DNA of 63,215 nucleotides, filler included, from Reticulomyxa filosa (taxonomy: Eukaryota > Protista > Foraminifera): assembly GCA_000512085.1 (NCBI GenBank). It is 17 parts of 17 records of this genome, joined end to end, with 100 filler letters (N's around TTAATTAATTAA, not from the genome) between each part and the next. Parts side by side here need not be neighbours in the genome. Positions count along the whole stretch, not along the records: positions 22,301 to 37,182 come from ASPP01006748.1; positions 37,283 to 38,322 come from ASPP01043145.1; positions 38,423 to 39,730 come from ASPP01019177.1; positions 39,831 to 44,916 come from ASPP01017112.1; 13 more parts are not named here. One strand, written 5' to 3'. The translations under genes and the position numbers were made by a program. The first letter of the stretch is position 1, and each line of letters begins with the position of its first letter. Shown one piece after another: positions 27,301 through 40,922 of this stretch. The notes beneath the pieces are model-generated. The model was not told where the DNA came from. It searched no databases and saw only the letters and a list, made by a program, of their open reading frames with translations.

Positions 27301-29301
27301 CTTGCACAGTAGTTTGCGCAGCAGTTATAGTTCATTAAAGTCGATGATTACCAAATTTCGTTTAGCGACCAACTTTGAACTTCATTATGAAAAAAATCGC
27401 GCCTTGTTTGAATTAGTTTGTCCTAAGTGTCGACAAGACGCCTCGGTTATTAAATCGCCATTCAAAGTTGAGTATATCTCCGTGTATGCGTATGTGTGGA
27501 GAAGAGATGTGTTTTATAATATATATATATATATATCATTATTATCATTGCTATTATCTAAAAGTGGGGGGAGGGAATCCATAACATTAATATCAAACAA
27601 TAACGCTCCAATAAATGAAAACATAACAGGAAGACCATAGAACTGTCTTCATGGGTGGCTTTGCTCATGGAACATCAACAAAAGAACTGGAAGATGCATT
27701 GGCAGAGTATGGTGCAAAGATGATCGATTGCAAAGGCATAAGCTTCCGAAATTACGGCTGGTCATTTGTGACAGTGGAGACTCCACAACAAGCAGAGGAT
27801 TTGATTGCCCGCTCGCCTATTCAAATACGTGGTCGAAATATAGACGTGCGTCCATTTATTGATCGAAAGCGAGTGGTAAGTTTTGTTGAGAGAAAAGAAG
27901 AGGTAAACCAATTACAAGATTTTGTAATCAATATAAGGTCTTGTTTGTGGACACGTAACAGAAAAACCATCAACAAAACCGACCTTCTCCAAAGAAATTG
28001 TTGATAGCTGTGCTTGACGCGGTGCAACAAAACCCATCAGGATTGACAGTTGCACAAATGCAAACCAATTTATTTCACAAGTTTCAATTCCGAGTAGATG
28101 GTCCAGAGATCACTAAACTCGTTTCACGGAATGCAAAGCTATTGCAAATTAAGCGTCATCCCATTGAAAAGATTGTTCTTACTCCAGTTGCGTTTAAGCA
28201 AGGGAGAGAAAGAGAAAGAAAGAAGAGGAAGGGTACCCAAATGTTGATAAAAATGTGTTGTGTGAATTAATGTGAAACAGAAAATGCACCGATTAAAAAT
28301 GGATGAATTGAAGTGGAAAATACTAAAGATTTGGAATAGCTCGGACAGCACACAGGACGGAACAGACGAGAACAATGTGGTATCAGAAGGTGAAGAAAAA
28401 GTGAAAGAACAAAAAGTGCTATCTTTGGCCGATTTTGAAAATGAGTTTGCCCGTCGTTATAAAGCCTTTTTGGACCCTCGACTTTATGGATGCAGCTCGG
28501 TATACGCCTTACTGCAATCAATGAGTGATATTTTATGTTTTCCCCAAATACATCATCAGTCGCAAATGTCATCGCAAGGTGGAATGAGTCCCACTCAGTC
28601 GTCCGGAATATCTGCCGTGGTGATGCCCAATACCTCCGTGGCGACCCTCATTTCGGCAACGACAGATCTCAGCAATGGTGGGCCCAACCAAGGGGTCTCC
28701 ACTATATCCAATACGCCAACTGGAGGTTCATCTCTGAGCACAAATACAAGTACCACACCAAACTCTGGTCGAAAATCTGTCCTCTCAGCCAATATACATG
28801 CCGGGATCGAACCTATTGGGGCCAATAACTCTACGGCCATGTATATGCACCCAGGAGGCCTATTAAACAACAACCCGATGCATGGATTCACTTCGGTTCC
28901 AATGTATCCACGTATGTTTGTTTGATTGTTTATTGTGTTCATTGCTTTGCTCTTTTCTTTGTCTTTGGACAAATAAACAAAGGGGATCCACATATCACAT
29001 AACATTGCTTTCAGATTATTCATCGGTGCAGTTAATGAATAACACAAGATTCCCTATTGCAATGTCACAGATGGCAATGTATTCAGGGCACATGATGCCA
29101 CAGTCTTCTGAAGCAGAGCCGCCGAAACCCTCGTGGCCAACATTGGATACTATGTGGCCCTTACAAAGTATTCCCACGCATCAACAGCCACAACAGCCGA
29201 TTTTTCTGCCCTCCTTATCCAACTTGGGTGGATTTTCCAATCGATCAATGGAAAGCATGCCAACAGGAAAGCATCAAACTAACCCCATGATCGAGAGTTA
29301 A
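24351..29301 (+). CDS. Large RNA-binding protein with up to five LOTUS/OST-HTH-like domains, one RRM, a His-rich tract and a low-complexity tail (~10 exons)
   Basis: Clear LOTUS: LSLADFENEFARRYKAFLDPRLYGCSSVYALLQSMSDIL (~28420-28540). Weaker repeats near 26030, 26540, 27070 and 28000. RRM: VFMGGFAHGTSTKELEDAL..YGWSFVTVETPQQAEDLI..IRGRNIDVRPF (~27640-27860). GT-AG introns checked at 24519-24609 and 25922-26023 keep frame. Confidence 0.8.
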
Positions 29302-30098
29302 GTCTCTTTCTTTCAATTTCGTTCTTCTTAATAGATATCATAAATCAAAATGCATAATATTTTTTTATTTTTTATACGTGCACATAATAAATACATCTTA
29401 CAGCTAACCCAAACATTCTACCGTTATTTAATCAGCTGTCTAACGGAAGTCAGTTTGGCAAGCCAACAAAGTCATCCGGATAAATGAAATTAAAAAATCG
29501 CAATAAAAAAGAATCTTCTATGAGCAAAGGTTTTTTTTTTTGAAATGTTTTCAAGTTGTAAGATGGTAGGTGAATTTTGTATTGTTGCTGTTTGTTCGAT
29601 CGATGAGTAGTGTACAGCAAACATTTTTGCTTTTGTTTGACGGGAGTGTGTGTTGAAAATGCGCCTGGACTTAGGTAGTGTTAATGTGCTTTTATTATTC
29701 ACTTGCCAACCATCTTTATTTTTAAATTTTTTGAGATTTTGAAGAATGTCATTTCGCGAATTGTGAAGAATTTTAGAAAATTATCAATTTCAGTAAGGTC
29801 TACAACACACCTAGAGACTTAACAAAAAACAGAAGAAAGAGAAACTCTCACAAATTATTTTATCCTTATCGTTGTCGGTCAGTTCTCTATTTGAAAAAGG
29901 CTTTGCATGTTTGTGTGTCAATGGCATCACAAATAAATTCTTAATTCTTTTAAAAATATTGAAGATTGGGAGATTAGAAGCTCTACGTAATTGTACCTTT
30001 ATTAAAAAAAGAATCGCACCAGTTTACAGTACGTAAGGGTCTTTGTTAGAACTTGGAAATATCCGAGAGCAAATATTGGGACGAATCTTTCATGAGAC

Positions 30099-32135
30099 AT
30101 GAGTAACGAGAAACGACATGCATTAATAAACGAGAGAAGAGATGTTAATGATGAATTTGTAATACAAGACGAAAGCCAGATTTCGTTGGGTGTACCAATC
30201 AAGCAAAGTAGTAAAGGAGCTTACGCGATAAACAGTGATGCCACTAGTTCCCCTTTGGTGCAGGCAACAGTGAACTTATCACCAGACGCAAGCGGGCAAC
30301 AAGACGACAATGAAAATTCTCTAAGTGAAGATTCAGATCCAGATTTGCAGAAGCAAAAGTCTGAGTGGGCCACTCCACTACTCGACGACCACGGGAAGCC
30401 AGTGCCAAAAAAGCCAGTCAATTCGTCACTCCTGTCTTCAATACTCAATCTTTCTAATACTATCTTAGGAGCAGGCAAGTAGATTTTTTTTAATGATGTA
30501 GAAACGATCGAGATTTTAATACGTTGATTTGTCAAAGCCAAAAGTGTAACAATTTTGATTTTTTTGGGGGGTATGAAACATGTGCATATTTTCGTAGGGA
30601 TTTTGTCATTACCTTTTGCGATGCGAGAAAGTGGTACGGTACTTGGTTTGATTTTATTTGTGTTGTTTGGATATCTATCGGGACTTGGTCTGCAGTTGCT
30701 TTGCCACGCCGCAAAAGAGGTACCGAACAGTGACTTCACCAAACTCAGCCAGCGCACCATGCCTAAAGCGAAAATACTTGTGGACATGGCAGTGGCAATC
30801 AAGTGCTTTGGTGTCGGAACCAGTTATATGATTGTCAGTGGTGATCTCATTCCAGAGGTCGTGGATTTCCTCATTACCAAGATTAAAGGACATGATGTTC
30901 CACATCGGGTCTTACTATTTTCACTATCTTTCTGCTTCTCTCTTTTTCTTTTTGTGTCCCTTGTGCTTGATGCAACACTGAAATTGCAAAAAAAAAAAAT
31001 TATAAGGTATGCAAAAATTAAATATAATCCCACAGCATATTTACAAAGAGCGTCGAATATGGATTAGTGTATTTGTAATCACATTAATATTACCCATTGT
31101 TCGGTGGAGGTATTTGGACAACTTGCGTTATGTCAGCAGTTTTTGCTTGGGTTTTTTTGCCTTTGTTGTCGCCACTATCTTCTTGTATGCTTATGGTCCC
31201 GAATCTTCTTTTAATGCTTGCCAAAATGTGACACCCCCATGCCCCGGTAATATTGCTTTGTATCCGACCAATGCAAAAAATTTTCTTGGAGTGTTGCCAC
31301 TATTCATTTTTGGTACTATTTCCATGCACTCACTATCTTTTAAAATTCTTTTTATATACTCCATCTTCTTTTATTTATTTTGACTGACTCCTTTTATTAT
31401 TATACATATGCATCGTTTGAGGATAGGCTTCACATGTCATCAAAACGCTTTCACTATTACTAATGAATTGAAAAGTCCCACTCATGCTCGACTTAATATT
31501 GTGGTGTACAGTGCAATGCTTTGTTGTTTCATAATCTATTCTTCTTCTAGCTTTGCAGGTTAGTTATTGTTCTATCCTAAGGCTCCTCACTGTTTTTCTT
31601 CTGCTTACTTTGAAAAAAATGTCAGAACATATTTTTGATTGATGTTGATGTGGCTTCAAAACCAGGATACCAAACATTCGGGTCTGTTTTGGATAAAAAT
31701 AACTCTGATGTACTAAAATTGTACCCCGAAACATGGATCACAACAATAGTGCGACTTCTTTTGTCAATGAATCTGTCGTTATCATATCCCCTGCAATGCA
31801 ATCCCTGTCGTAATTGCTTGTCACAACTCATTTTTGGAAAATCTGCGTTGGAACTGGACGATAAGCGTTTTTACATGCTCACTTATGGAATCACATGTGG
31901 CAGTTGGATGTTAGCATTGGTTGTAAACTCATTGGGAGTAGTATTGGCTATTGTTGGAAGCACTGGCTCGACAACGATAAGCTACATTTTGCCGGGGCTG
32001 TTTTACTATCTTACATTCAAAAATGACAAAACAAATAAAATGAAATACTTGGCCTTGGCTCTTGCAATACTGGGTTGTTGTGTCGTCCCTTTTGCATTGA
32101 GTATGGTTTTTTGGTCTGGGGAGGCAAGTGGATAG
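30099..32135 (+). CDS. Amino acid transporter, Aa_trans (SLC38/AVT-like) family, 5 exons
   Basis: SSILNLSNTILGAG|ILSLPFA, DMAVAIKCFGVGTSY, PLFIFG|FTCHQN, SYPLQCNPCR, VGSTGSTTISYILPGLFY. Confidence 0.93.
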
Positions 32136-32571
32136 ACAATTTGCTGAGAGCCAAAAAAAAAGGAGAAAATAAACAATGGTGGATGTTTTGTCTTTTGACT
32201 TGCGCTACTGAAGCTTCTCCCTAACTTGTGAAATTTTTTTTAAACTAATTAATGAACTTGCCTTTGATAAGAAATACTGTTTATATTTTTATTTGATTTC
32301 TGTCTAATAAACAGCGTATTTGAATTATGAAAGAAAAGTTCCCTCGTTAATTAGGTTGTCAAAACAAAAATCAACGAATAAACTTGTATTTTTTTTTTAA
32401 GAGTTAACAAAACATTAAAAAAAAAAACTCACAAACAACAAAAATCACACGCACACGATGACAACCTAAAGTTAAAATAGTATTTATCTCCGAATCAAAA
32501 AAACACCATGGTAGAAGTTCATTTTGAACAACACCCTACAACCACGAAATGTCAAAAAATATTTTATTTAT

Positions 32572-35379
32572 TTAACAATCATTTTTTGGGGCACAGATGT
32601 CCGCCCAGTGCTTTCCTTCAACAAACATATTTTTTGCTCGAATAATTTCCTGTCGGATTATACCCAAGTTGATGTGATCCACATTTTTGGCGACATTGTT
32701 GTCTTTATCAAAGGGATCTTCTACAACCAAAGAATGGAAGTGAATAGGATTGACAAATGAATTCCACTCATCATTGAATTCTTTAGAGCCGTTACCAAGG
32801 TAGGGGTGTGTTGTTGCTTTTGGAGATACTCCAACCTCTGCGACATTGACAATACCTCGACCGAAATCAAAGTAGCTATAATATTCAAAAAATCCGTGCA
32901 ACAAGTCTGTTAAATACATACTATTTTTTTTGCATTCATCAGGCTTGATAGTTCCAAACACAGGTTTCATTGAAAATGAAGAGTCGCTATAAGGATTATA
33001 ATTGAGATGATCAGCATAAGAGGCTTCCAAAACTGGCAGCAATGGTGGTTGAAGAATTTGCAAGTACTTGATTGCCAGCAGGACATAACCGTAACTATTC
33101 ATAAATCCACGATAAGCATCATTAATTCGCCTCTTATAACTCCAGTACTTGATGCATATTAACAACATTGTAGGTCTTGGATCTCTACAGGAGCTTAATA
33201 ATTGTCTCAAGTAATTGGTGGTTTTTATACTATTATCTGACATTAATATTCCAACATCACACGAAACATTAGTAATTGGATCATACAGCTTAATTATCGG
33301 AACTTTCGCATTAAACAAAGTTGTCACATTCAATTTGTAATCCTGGTCTTGTTGTTCCGTTTCAGAATATTCTTTTACATCTTCTTTCTTTTCGTGCTTC
33401 CATTTTTTAATATTTGCATTGTCTTTTGGAGCTATGTTTTGTTTATACATGTTTTTTTTTAGTTTGAATATTTTTGATTGGTTGACAAAATGAACAAGAA
33501 AAATGTTTTGGTTTGTCGTTTTACACTTATCACATTTTTGGTAAGACAAGAAAAGAAAGTAATTTTCCCCTATCTGGCTGTGTTCATTCGAAGAGAGCAC
33601 ACAAACAAATTTATTAAGAAATACATACTTGAGGTTCTTGAATTTGGCAATCCTTGCTTGTTACCACCAGAACGAGATTTCGTTAAGTCAGCTTTGCTTT
33701 GTGGAAGGCTAGAGCGCAAAATCCAGACATCTTTCAAAAAATTAGCAAACTCAGTCAAGCAAACAATACAACTATCACGGTCATAGTGATCTGTGCCTTC
33801 AATAAGCAAACAGCAGTCAATGTCACTGGTAATCAAATCTAACCCTTGAGCAGATGATCCCACAACCACGATACGCTTATGGGATTTTTTTGAATTTTTG
33901 GTATGTTCATCATGTTTGCTGGTTCTCCAGTGAGCATTGGAATACTGTTTGTTTCTGTTTGAAAAGTGCAAACTCTTATTCGTTCCCCAATTCGATGATT
34001 CATCGATTTCTTCGCTGCCGCTACTGGTTTCATAAAGATCCTCAAACGACTTGTAAAAATTAGTGTTGTGTCCAAACACCTCAATGGCAATATCGTCCAA
34101 CACGCTGACAAACTGGGCTTTGGAAGCTTTTGAACGTTTGGATTGGGAATTGTGATTTTGCCAGAATCGAAATATTTCCTTGTCAATTCCACGGGCAAAC
34201 ACTTGATCTAACAAGACAGTGTGCTGGATCGGGACATAAGTTTGCATCATGTGTAGGATCGTGTCAAAGGGATAACTAAAGTTGATACAGTTGATGGACC
34301 ACATATTGTGTCGTATGGAATATGGAAACGGGATGTTTTGGAACCATTCCAAACATTCGTGCAATCCGTTGTCGCAAGTAAACTTTAGCCCAATTTCGAC
34401 AACGTGGCAATAATTATTGTCCTGGTAATTCACTACATTGAACAGTGAGTTGTTAGTGCTACACTTGGTTACATACGACAATGATAAGGTCATTTGCATT
34501 GGAAAGTCATTAACGTTGGGGAATTGGGAAAGATATCCTTTACAAATTGTCTCATCACAATCGCAATCTATCGAATGACCTTCATCCTCTTTGGTATTCG
34601 TGAATGAGTTGTGCATTACTAGTTCGTCCTAAGGTTCAACCAATTTATTTTTATTTTTAATGTCATTGTTATTTTTTTTTATTTATTTATTTTTTTTTTT
34701 TGAGAAGATGATTATCCGTGGAAGTATACGTAACAGGACAAAAGAGAGAAAAATAAACTGTGCCAGTCAAAAAAAAAAAAAATGTATGTATTGCTAAATA
34801 TTATAAAAAATTGAGTTTTTGTGTATATGTGTGCGTGAAAAAAAAACCTACTTCTTGATGGCTTTTGAAACTGGACAATCCATTCGTCTGTGTCTTTACG
34901 GATCTGCTATTGCAATAAACACGAACAAAAATTTCGAGATTCGGAGAAACACAGGAAATGTAAATTTGTGCTCGTTCTTTGTTCAAAGTCCATCGATGCT
35001 GTGCATCACGCAAATATAGTTGCACATCAAATGTGCGATCACATAAAACACTTTTGTTTGCACTGGACAGCTCAATTGTTGCTATCGATTGTGTCATTCG
35101 TTCACTACCATCGTTACTTTCATTCGCATTTGACAGCACGGGATCTTGTTGGAATTGCTCGTCCGTGTCTGTTACTGTTGCGTTCATTCTTTCTTCGTCA
35201 TATTCATCTACCCTTTCTTGCTGGATCACTTCTGGAGATTCATCTGTTTGGATATAATCGTCCACCTCTCCTTCCATTTCGTCATAAGTGTTGTCTTCTT
35301 TTTCGTAGTCCTTCGTTTCTTGTTCATCTTCGCACCACTGTCCCTTTCGAACAGGATATTCGAAGTTAGTGTAAGACAT
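32572..35379 (-). CDS. Cid1/TENT-family non-canonical poly(A)/poly(U) polymerase with N-terminal acidic and putative PH-like region (3 exons)
   Basis: Pol-beta NTase motif VVGSSAQGLDLITSDIDCC; NAKVPIIKL..SCDVG; IKYWSYKRRINDAYRGFMNSYGYVLL; PAP-associated LLHGFFEYYSYFDF and VEDPFDKDNNVA. Confidence 0.9.
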
Positions 35380-35866
35380 CTTCAAATACAAATATACTTT
35401 CAAATTTTTAAAAAAAAAATTTCGCTACAATTACAAAAAATACAAGGTTCGTACCCTTTTTTAAAAAAAGAGGAAACTGAGTTTGACATCAAAATAACGG
35501 GTGATGTACATATTTTAGCAAACATTTTCTCAACCAATCAACTTGTTCGGGCAAAATCCGAAATCTTCAAAAACTTTCCGTGATCCATCAATGCAACATA
35601 TGCTGCTGGCCCGTCAAATCGTACATTTACGATCAATCGGGTCTGTGGATTCCAAAGTTAAGTGCCCAAAACTAACTTTTTTTTGTGTATCTAATAAGGT
35701 TTAGCATTTTTATTGGATAAAGCTGTATGAAAATGACAAATTAGTTCCTCAGGTCAAAAATATTAGTGTTTGTTGACCATATCATGAAAAGTAAGTACCC
35801 CTGAAATAAGAAAATTTACTTCCAATAATTTCATTCAACAAAAGGAAAAAAGAAACATAGGTGAGC

Positions 35867-37182
35867 ATGTCCCTGCCATTAATCGGAGAGCCCTATAAAA
35901 AAGGAAAAAGTGGAGAGAGTAGCACGGAGACAATTGAATGTCTGCGCGAAGCCTTGGCGACGATGAACACGAAATATATGCAAGTGAAGATTGAGTTGGA
36001 TGAGACGATAACAGAGTACAGTAAATTGAAAGCGGAGCTGAAGCAAAAAGAGAGTGGTGATCGAGATCGAAGTAAAAAGGCACCCTCCAAAGTTTTGAAT
36101 CAATTTCAAAAATTTCGGTCGACCATGTTGTCAGGTAAAGCGCGTTTGCAAAATGGTATTAAAAAAAAAAGAGTGACTGAAAATGGAGACAGTAAGGAAA
36201 GCGATGAAAATGACAATGAGAATAACAATGACAACGACAATGAGAGCAACATAAAAACCAATGAAAATGAAAATGAAAATGAGCATGAGCACGAGAGCAC
36301 TGACAACGTTTCGAAAGAAAATGAGGACTTACGTCGTGAAAGAGACGAGTTGTTGGTGAAATATACGGAGGGCTTGGAGCAAATTTCGCGATTGCGAGAG
36401 CAGTCAAAACAAGACGCGGACAAGATGGAAGAGCTATTGCAAAGCAAACAACAAGAGTGGATTGAAGCGAAAGATCGCTTAATGAAAGAGTGGAACGAGA
36501 AACACGAAAAAGAGTTGAGTGACTCCAAACTTGAGTTGCAAATGTGCAAGCAGGCCATGAGCGGGCAAGAAGCGAAATTGAAAGAAATTGAGGGACAATG
36601 GGAAGAAAGGTACACAATTTTGATCAACGAACGAAATGAATCGCAAAAGAAAGTCAACACATTCCAGGCATCCTTGTCATCCAATCAACATGCAGCCACC
36701 CATCTTACATGCATCGAGGATGCATCTGCGCCGTCATTGCAGAGTTTGGATAGTTGGAGTCAACCGATGGAAAGCAGTAGTGTGATCCACTCCAATCATG
36801 GCTTGGAAGAGAAAAGTGAGTCCACAATAGCAGTAATTCATTACAATGATAGTGATAACGAAAGTGTGGGCTCTTCGCGTTGGAAGGTCCAAGAATTGAG
36901 TAAAGATAAGACTGATAAAGATAAAGACAAAGACAAAGACAAAGACAAAGACAAAGAGAAGGATAAAAAAAAAGGAAAAGAAAAAAAAAACAAAAAAAAA
37001 AAGAAAAATGGACGAAATCAATTTTTTTCAATGATCCAGAGATTGGCCACCCAACACACTAATGTGCATCCACAACATGAGAGTACTCAGCCATCTGACC
37101 ATTCATCGCTCATAGACCATCTCGAAAAAGACGAAATTATCAAACGCTTGCAAGATTCCAATCGCATTTTGGGACAAAGAGT
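35867..37182 (+). CDS. Coiled-coil protein with low-complexity EN/DK repeats (3'-partial)
   Basis: Uninterrupted ~438-codon ORF with heptad-like E/K/L composition. Confidence 0.7.
36914..36956 (+). repeat. (GAYAAA)n microsatellite encoding (Asp-Lys)n
   Basis: Direct tandem repeat. Confidence 0.9.
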
Positions 37183-37282
37183 NNNNNNNNNNNNNNNNNN
37201 NNNNNNNNNNNNNNNNNNNNNNNNNNTTAATTAATTAANNNNNNNNNNNNNNNNNNNNNNNNNNNNNNNNNNNNNNNNNNNN

Positions 37283-37771
37283 TTTTTTTTTTTTGATTTG
37301 TTATTTACCATTTGTTGTATTTTTAATTTCTTTGATTTTTTTTTCCGATTTGTATCAAAACTTCAATTAGCTCATCTTTATCTTTATTCGAGATGACAGC
37401 TGTTTGTAGTATGCGATTCTCACCAATACGCAATGATACATTCATTATCGTTCCCGATGTCGGTAACGCAAATACACAATCCAACTATATCGTTTGTCAA
37501 TTTTCAAATATTTTTTCTTTTTACTGGCTTTTTTAACTGTGTTGTCCAGAACACATCAAGGAACATAAAACACTCATGTTCTCAGAACTGTCTTTTCTGT
37601 TTGGTTTTTCCAGTGTCCTTTCATCGAAATAATAGCAGTGGATACGTAGCATTCTACGTCCACCTTCAAGTTTTGACAATGGATTGTATACATCTGATGT
37701 TCTTCATTTTCATCTAGAGCATCAAACACAATCACTGGACAGAGCGGTCGAAACCCATCAAAAACTGCCAT
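37283..37771 (-). CDS. VIT (vault protein inter-alpha-trypsin) domain protein, N-terminal exons (3'-partial)
   Basis: LKVDVECYVSTAIISMKGHWKNQTEKT|LDCVFALPTSGTIMNVSLRIGENRILQTAV fits the VIT pattern (..N.....lE..f.fPl...a.v......ig.r). Confidence 0.65.
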
Positions 37772-38315
37772 TCTTTGCTTAGTAGTGTGTGAAAATAAAC
37801 AAAAGCTCAAAGGGCCCTTACCAACTTTTTTTTTTGAAAAGACTACGTTTTTTTGGGGTGGCTACGTGCCAGTTGTTTTGGAATATTCTTTTTAAATTAG
37901 AAACATCTTGCACTTTCCCTTCTTTCACAATTGTTCTTCAAGTAAAAAGAACATAGTTCTAAAAAAAAAAATGGAACACAATACCAAAACAAAACAAGCT
38001 CTTTGTTTATAAAAAATGCGAAATAAAAGATTTTGGTTGTAACATCAGTTTTGAACTGATTTCAATTGCATACATTTGTATAATTCAAAATCTTGTTCTA
38101 GTTTTTGCCTTTTAAGAATATATTGTCATAAGTAGTTTTTGTTGGTATACTAAATCGTTGACATTTTCCCAAATACAGCAAAAAAATGGAGTATTTTTTA
38201 AAATTAAAAAAATTATTAAATTGTTTTTGCATATTCCTCAACATACAAAAATTTATTGAATATTTTTGTTAATGTTCTTATTCTGGATGTATCAACATAT
38301 TCGTTTCTTAAATTA

Positions 38316-38322
38316 TACAGTA
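38316..38322 (+). mobile_element. Possible truncated terminus (TA|CAGTA) of the repeat seen at 50742 and 59867
   Basis: Contig ends exactly in TACAGTA. Confidence 0.45.
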
Positions 38323-38422
38323 NNNNNNNNNNNNNNNNNNNNNNNNNNNNNNNNNNNNNNNNNNNNTTAATTAATTAANNNNNNNNNNNNNNNNNNNNNN
38401 NNNNNNNNNNNNNNNNNNNNNN

Positions 38423-39730
38423 TGTGTGTACATATGTGAAATGATTCTATTCGAATATTTGTCACATGCAACTGAATTTGAAAAGTAATACCAGAAGAAC
38501 CCATATCCTCAATAATTGGAGTCTTTAGCCATCGAATGGCGTGATCTTGTAGCTCTGGCAAAGCAAATGCAAAAATGCGGATGCAGACGATGTCTTGCTC
38601 CAATTTGACATTACAGAGACGTTCTAACAATAATTTACGATTAAGCATGTCGCCATCGTTGCTCGATATGACCACAAAATTTTCATTGACAAAGTCTCTC
38701 ATTTTTCTGCGCTCTTCCTCTTCGGTAATGATCTTAAAATGCAATGTCAAAAAGTGCTTTGTCGTAGTCGTTATTTTGACCAGTTCCGAGCAGAAAAGGC
38801 CTTTACAAAATTACATGGAAAAAAAAAAAATTAACCACATACATATATTATTTATTGATTTGTCGATTAGATTCCTAACTCAAAAGAGACACAAATTTGG
38901 GAAGAAAAAAATACAATGGACACAGTCGGATTAAAAAATTGATGACTGTTTCTCAAACTTGCAATAAGATCAGCAATGTTTGAAGAAGTAATCTTTCCAT
39001 TGTTCAGGCCATAGAACACAATGTTGCGTGAATGTCTCGATAGCCCATTTCATAAGCGCCAAAAACACCTCTTCTTTATTTGCTCCATTGAACTGGTCAT
39101 TAAAAGTTTGCAAGAAATCTTCGGTAGTGTATACGTATTTGGAATCAAGACTGTGGTCATTACTACCAATCGTCGTCTTGATCACCACATTTCGCATATC
39201 ATGAACATTACAGACAGCCAGAATGACGTCGACAATGGTTCTTGCATCATTATCCATTTGGACTTGTTTTCGGGGTCCTCTCTCTTTTGCACTGTCGCAA
39301 ACGCTTGGAAGCACACATTTTGCAATTTTTGGAACGTGTCTCTGTCCAATCCAGTGCTGATATTTTGTCCGCAATAGAACACTAACGACAAGACGTGCAG
39401 CCAAACATCGAACAATTACTTTGAAAAATTTTTGGCACAATGTCTTTCTCATTTTTCAATCATGACTTTTCCTCAATCGTCGCATTGCTTTTCATCGTCG
39501 GACGATGACTATTTTCTGGTGTTGTTCTCATCACTTCCTTTATGTCCGTGTATGTGTACGTATTTTCAAATATACCATTGTCTTTATATACATATAATAT
39601 GTACACGTATATATATTATGTATATATAAAGGGACTTGCAATGATGCAACCAAGGTCTTTCCAATCGTTTCTAAACAGATTTGAAGGAGACATGAACAAT
39701 GATGCGTTGCTTTTGGAACTGTATCTCACA
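38423..39730 (-). pseudogene. Fragmented multi-exon coding sequence with stops and frameshifts
   Basis: Overlapping partial ORFs (39182-39415, 38970-39452, 38423-38750) in different frames, separated by intron-like (TA)n tracts. No family recognised. Confidence 0.4.
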
Positions 39731-39830
39731 NNNNNNNNNNNNNNNNNNNNNNNNNNNNNNNNNNNNNNNNNNNNTTAATTAATTAANNNNNNNNNNNNNN
39801 NNNNNNNNNNNNNNNNNNNNNNNNNNNNNN

Positions 39831-40504
39831 ACCTAATCATCAAATTACTTCAAAGGATCAAAAGGGAGCAAAAATCGAACAAGTTGAAACATTAGAGAAT
39901 TGGATTAAACAGTACAGTATGAAACGAGAAACAAGCCTTTTAGTTTGACTCATTTTTTATTTATTTATTTTGTTATATTACAATTTTCTTTTAATTCCTA
40001 TTTTTTGTAAAGTTGGCTGAGCAGCTTCACAAAAAAGATGTGGCGAAGAGAGAGCGCAACTACTGGTGCTACTACGTCTTATTTTACATTGCAGATAGCG
40101 CTTATGAAGTTGCATATGATGAGGTCATTGGTAAAAAGAACATTAAGAATGTATCAGCAAATATTCAGAATTTAGTGTCGCAAAAGGCAAGATTCAACCT
40201 TTCAACAATACAACAAACAAAGTTGAAATCTATTTAATAAATTACAAAACTTAAAAAAACAAAACAAACAAAACAAAAAAGATTTAAAGAGGAAATTGTG
40301 GCGTACGCGTATGAAATCTACAAGCTATTTCGGAGGGGATTACAAATCGAGCCAAATTTGAGGTTGCTTCACAGGAATTTCTTCAAAACGACTACAAATA
40401 TCCAACAATCAAAAGGAAATGTTGTTTATGTTTGGTCTGGTGTTGGTACTTTTTCTGGTAAAACATTTAGGCATTTGTTTGATTCTATTACATACGAAGT
40501 TTAA
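39831..40504 (+). CDS. 3' exons of a hypothetical protein, weakly resembling the Mieap/SPATA18 C-terminal domain
   Basis: YAYEIYKLFRRGLQIEPNLRL...NVVYVWSGV loosely resembles 'Y...c..l.w.m.lq.Pp......v.yvvWPal'. Weak, by eye. Confidence 0.35.
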
Positions 40505-40922
40505 AATTTTTTTCAACATTTTTCAAGTTTGTTGCAAGGAGGAATTTTAAAAAACAAAAAAATTAATAAATTTCTTTAATCAAGTGCTTAAAACACAAAT
40601 AAAATTCCTCTTTGAATATTACAACCGAATTTCCCTTGTCCTGCTTCTGGTTGAGTTTTAACAATTTATCTTCATTCATCAATACTTCAAATCAATTTTA
40701 TTTTAAGTCAATTTGAATGAAATTTTCTTATACTGTTTTTCAAGATTTCTTCAATGTGATTTTTTTTTATTGACCGTACACTATCAAATAAAAATACTAA
40801 TATATTTTTATATTCGATGTCCAACTTTTGACTTTTCTTATGAAAGAATTGACCGTTTTACGTACAAAAAATTTCAATGACATTTTTTGACTTTTTGTAA
40901 ATAAAAAGCTTGACGAAAAAAA

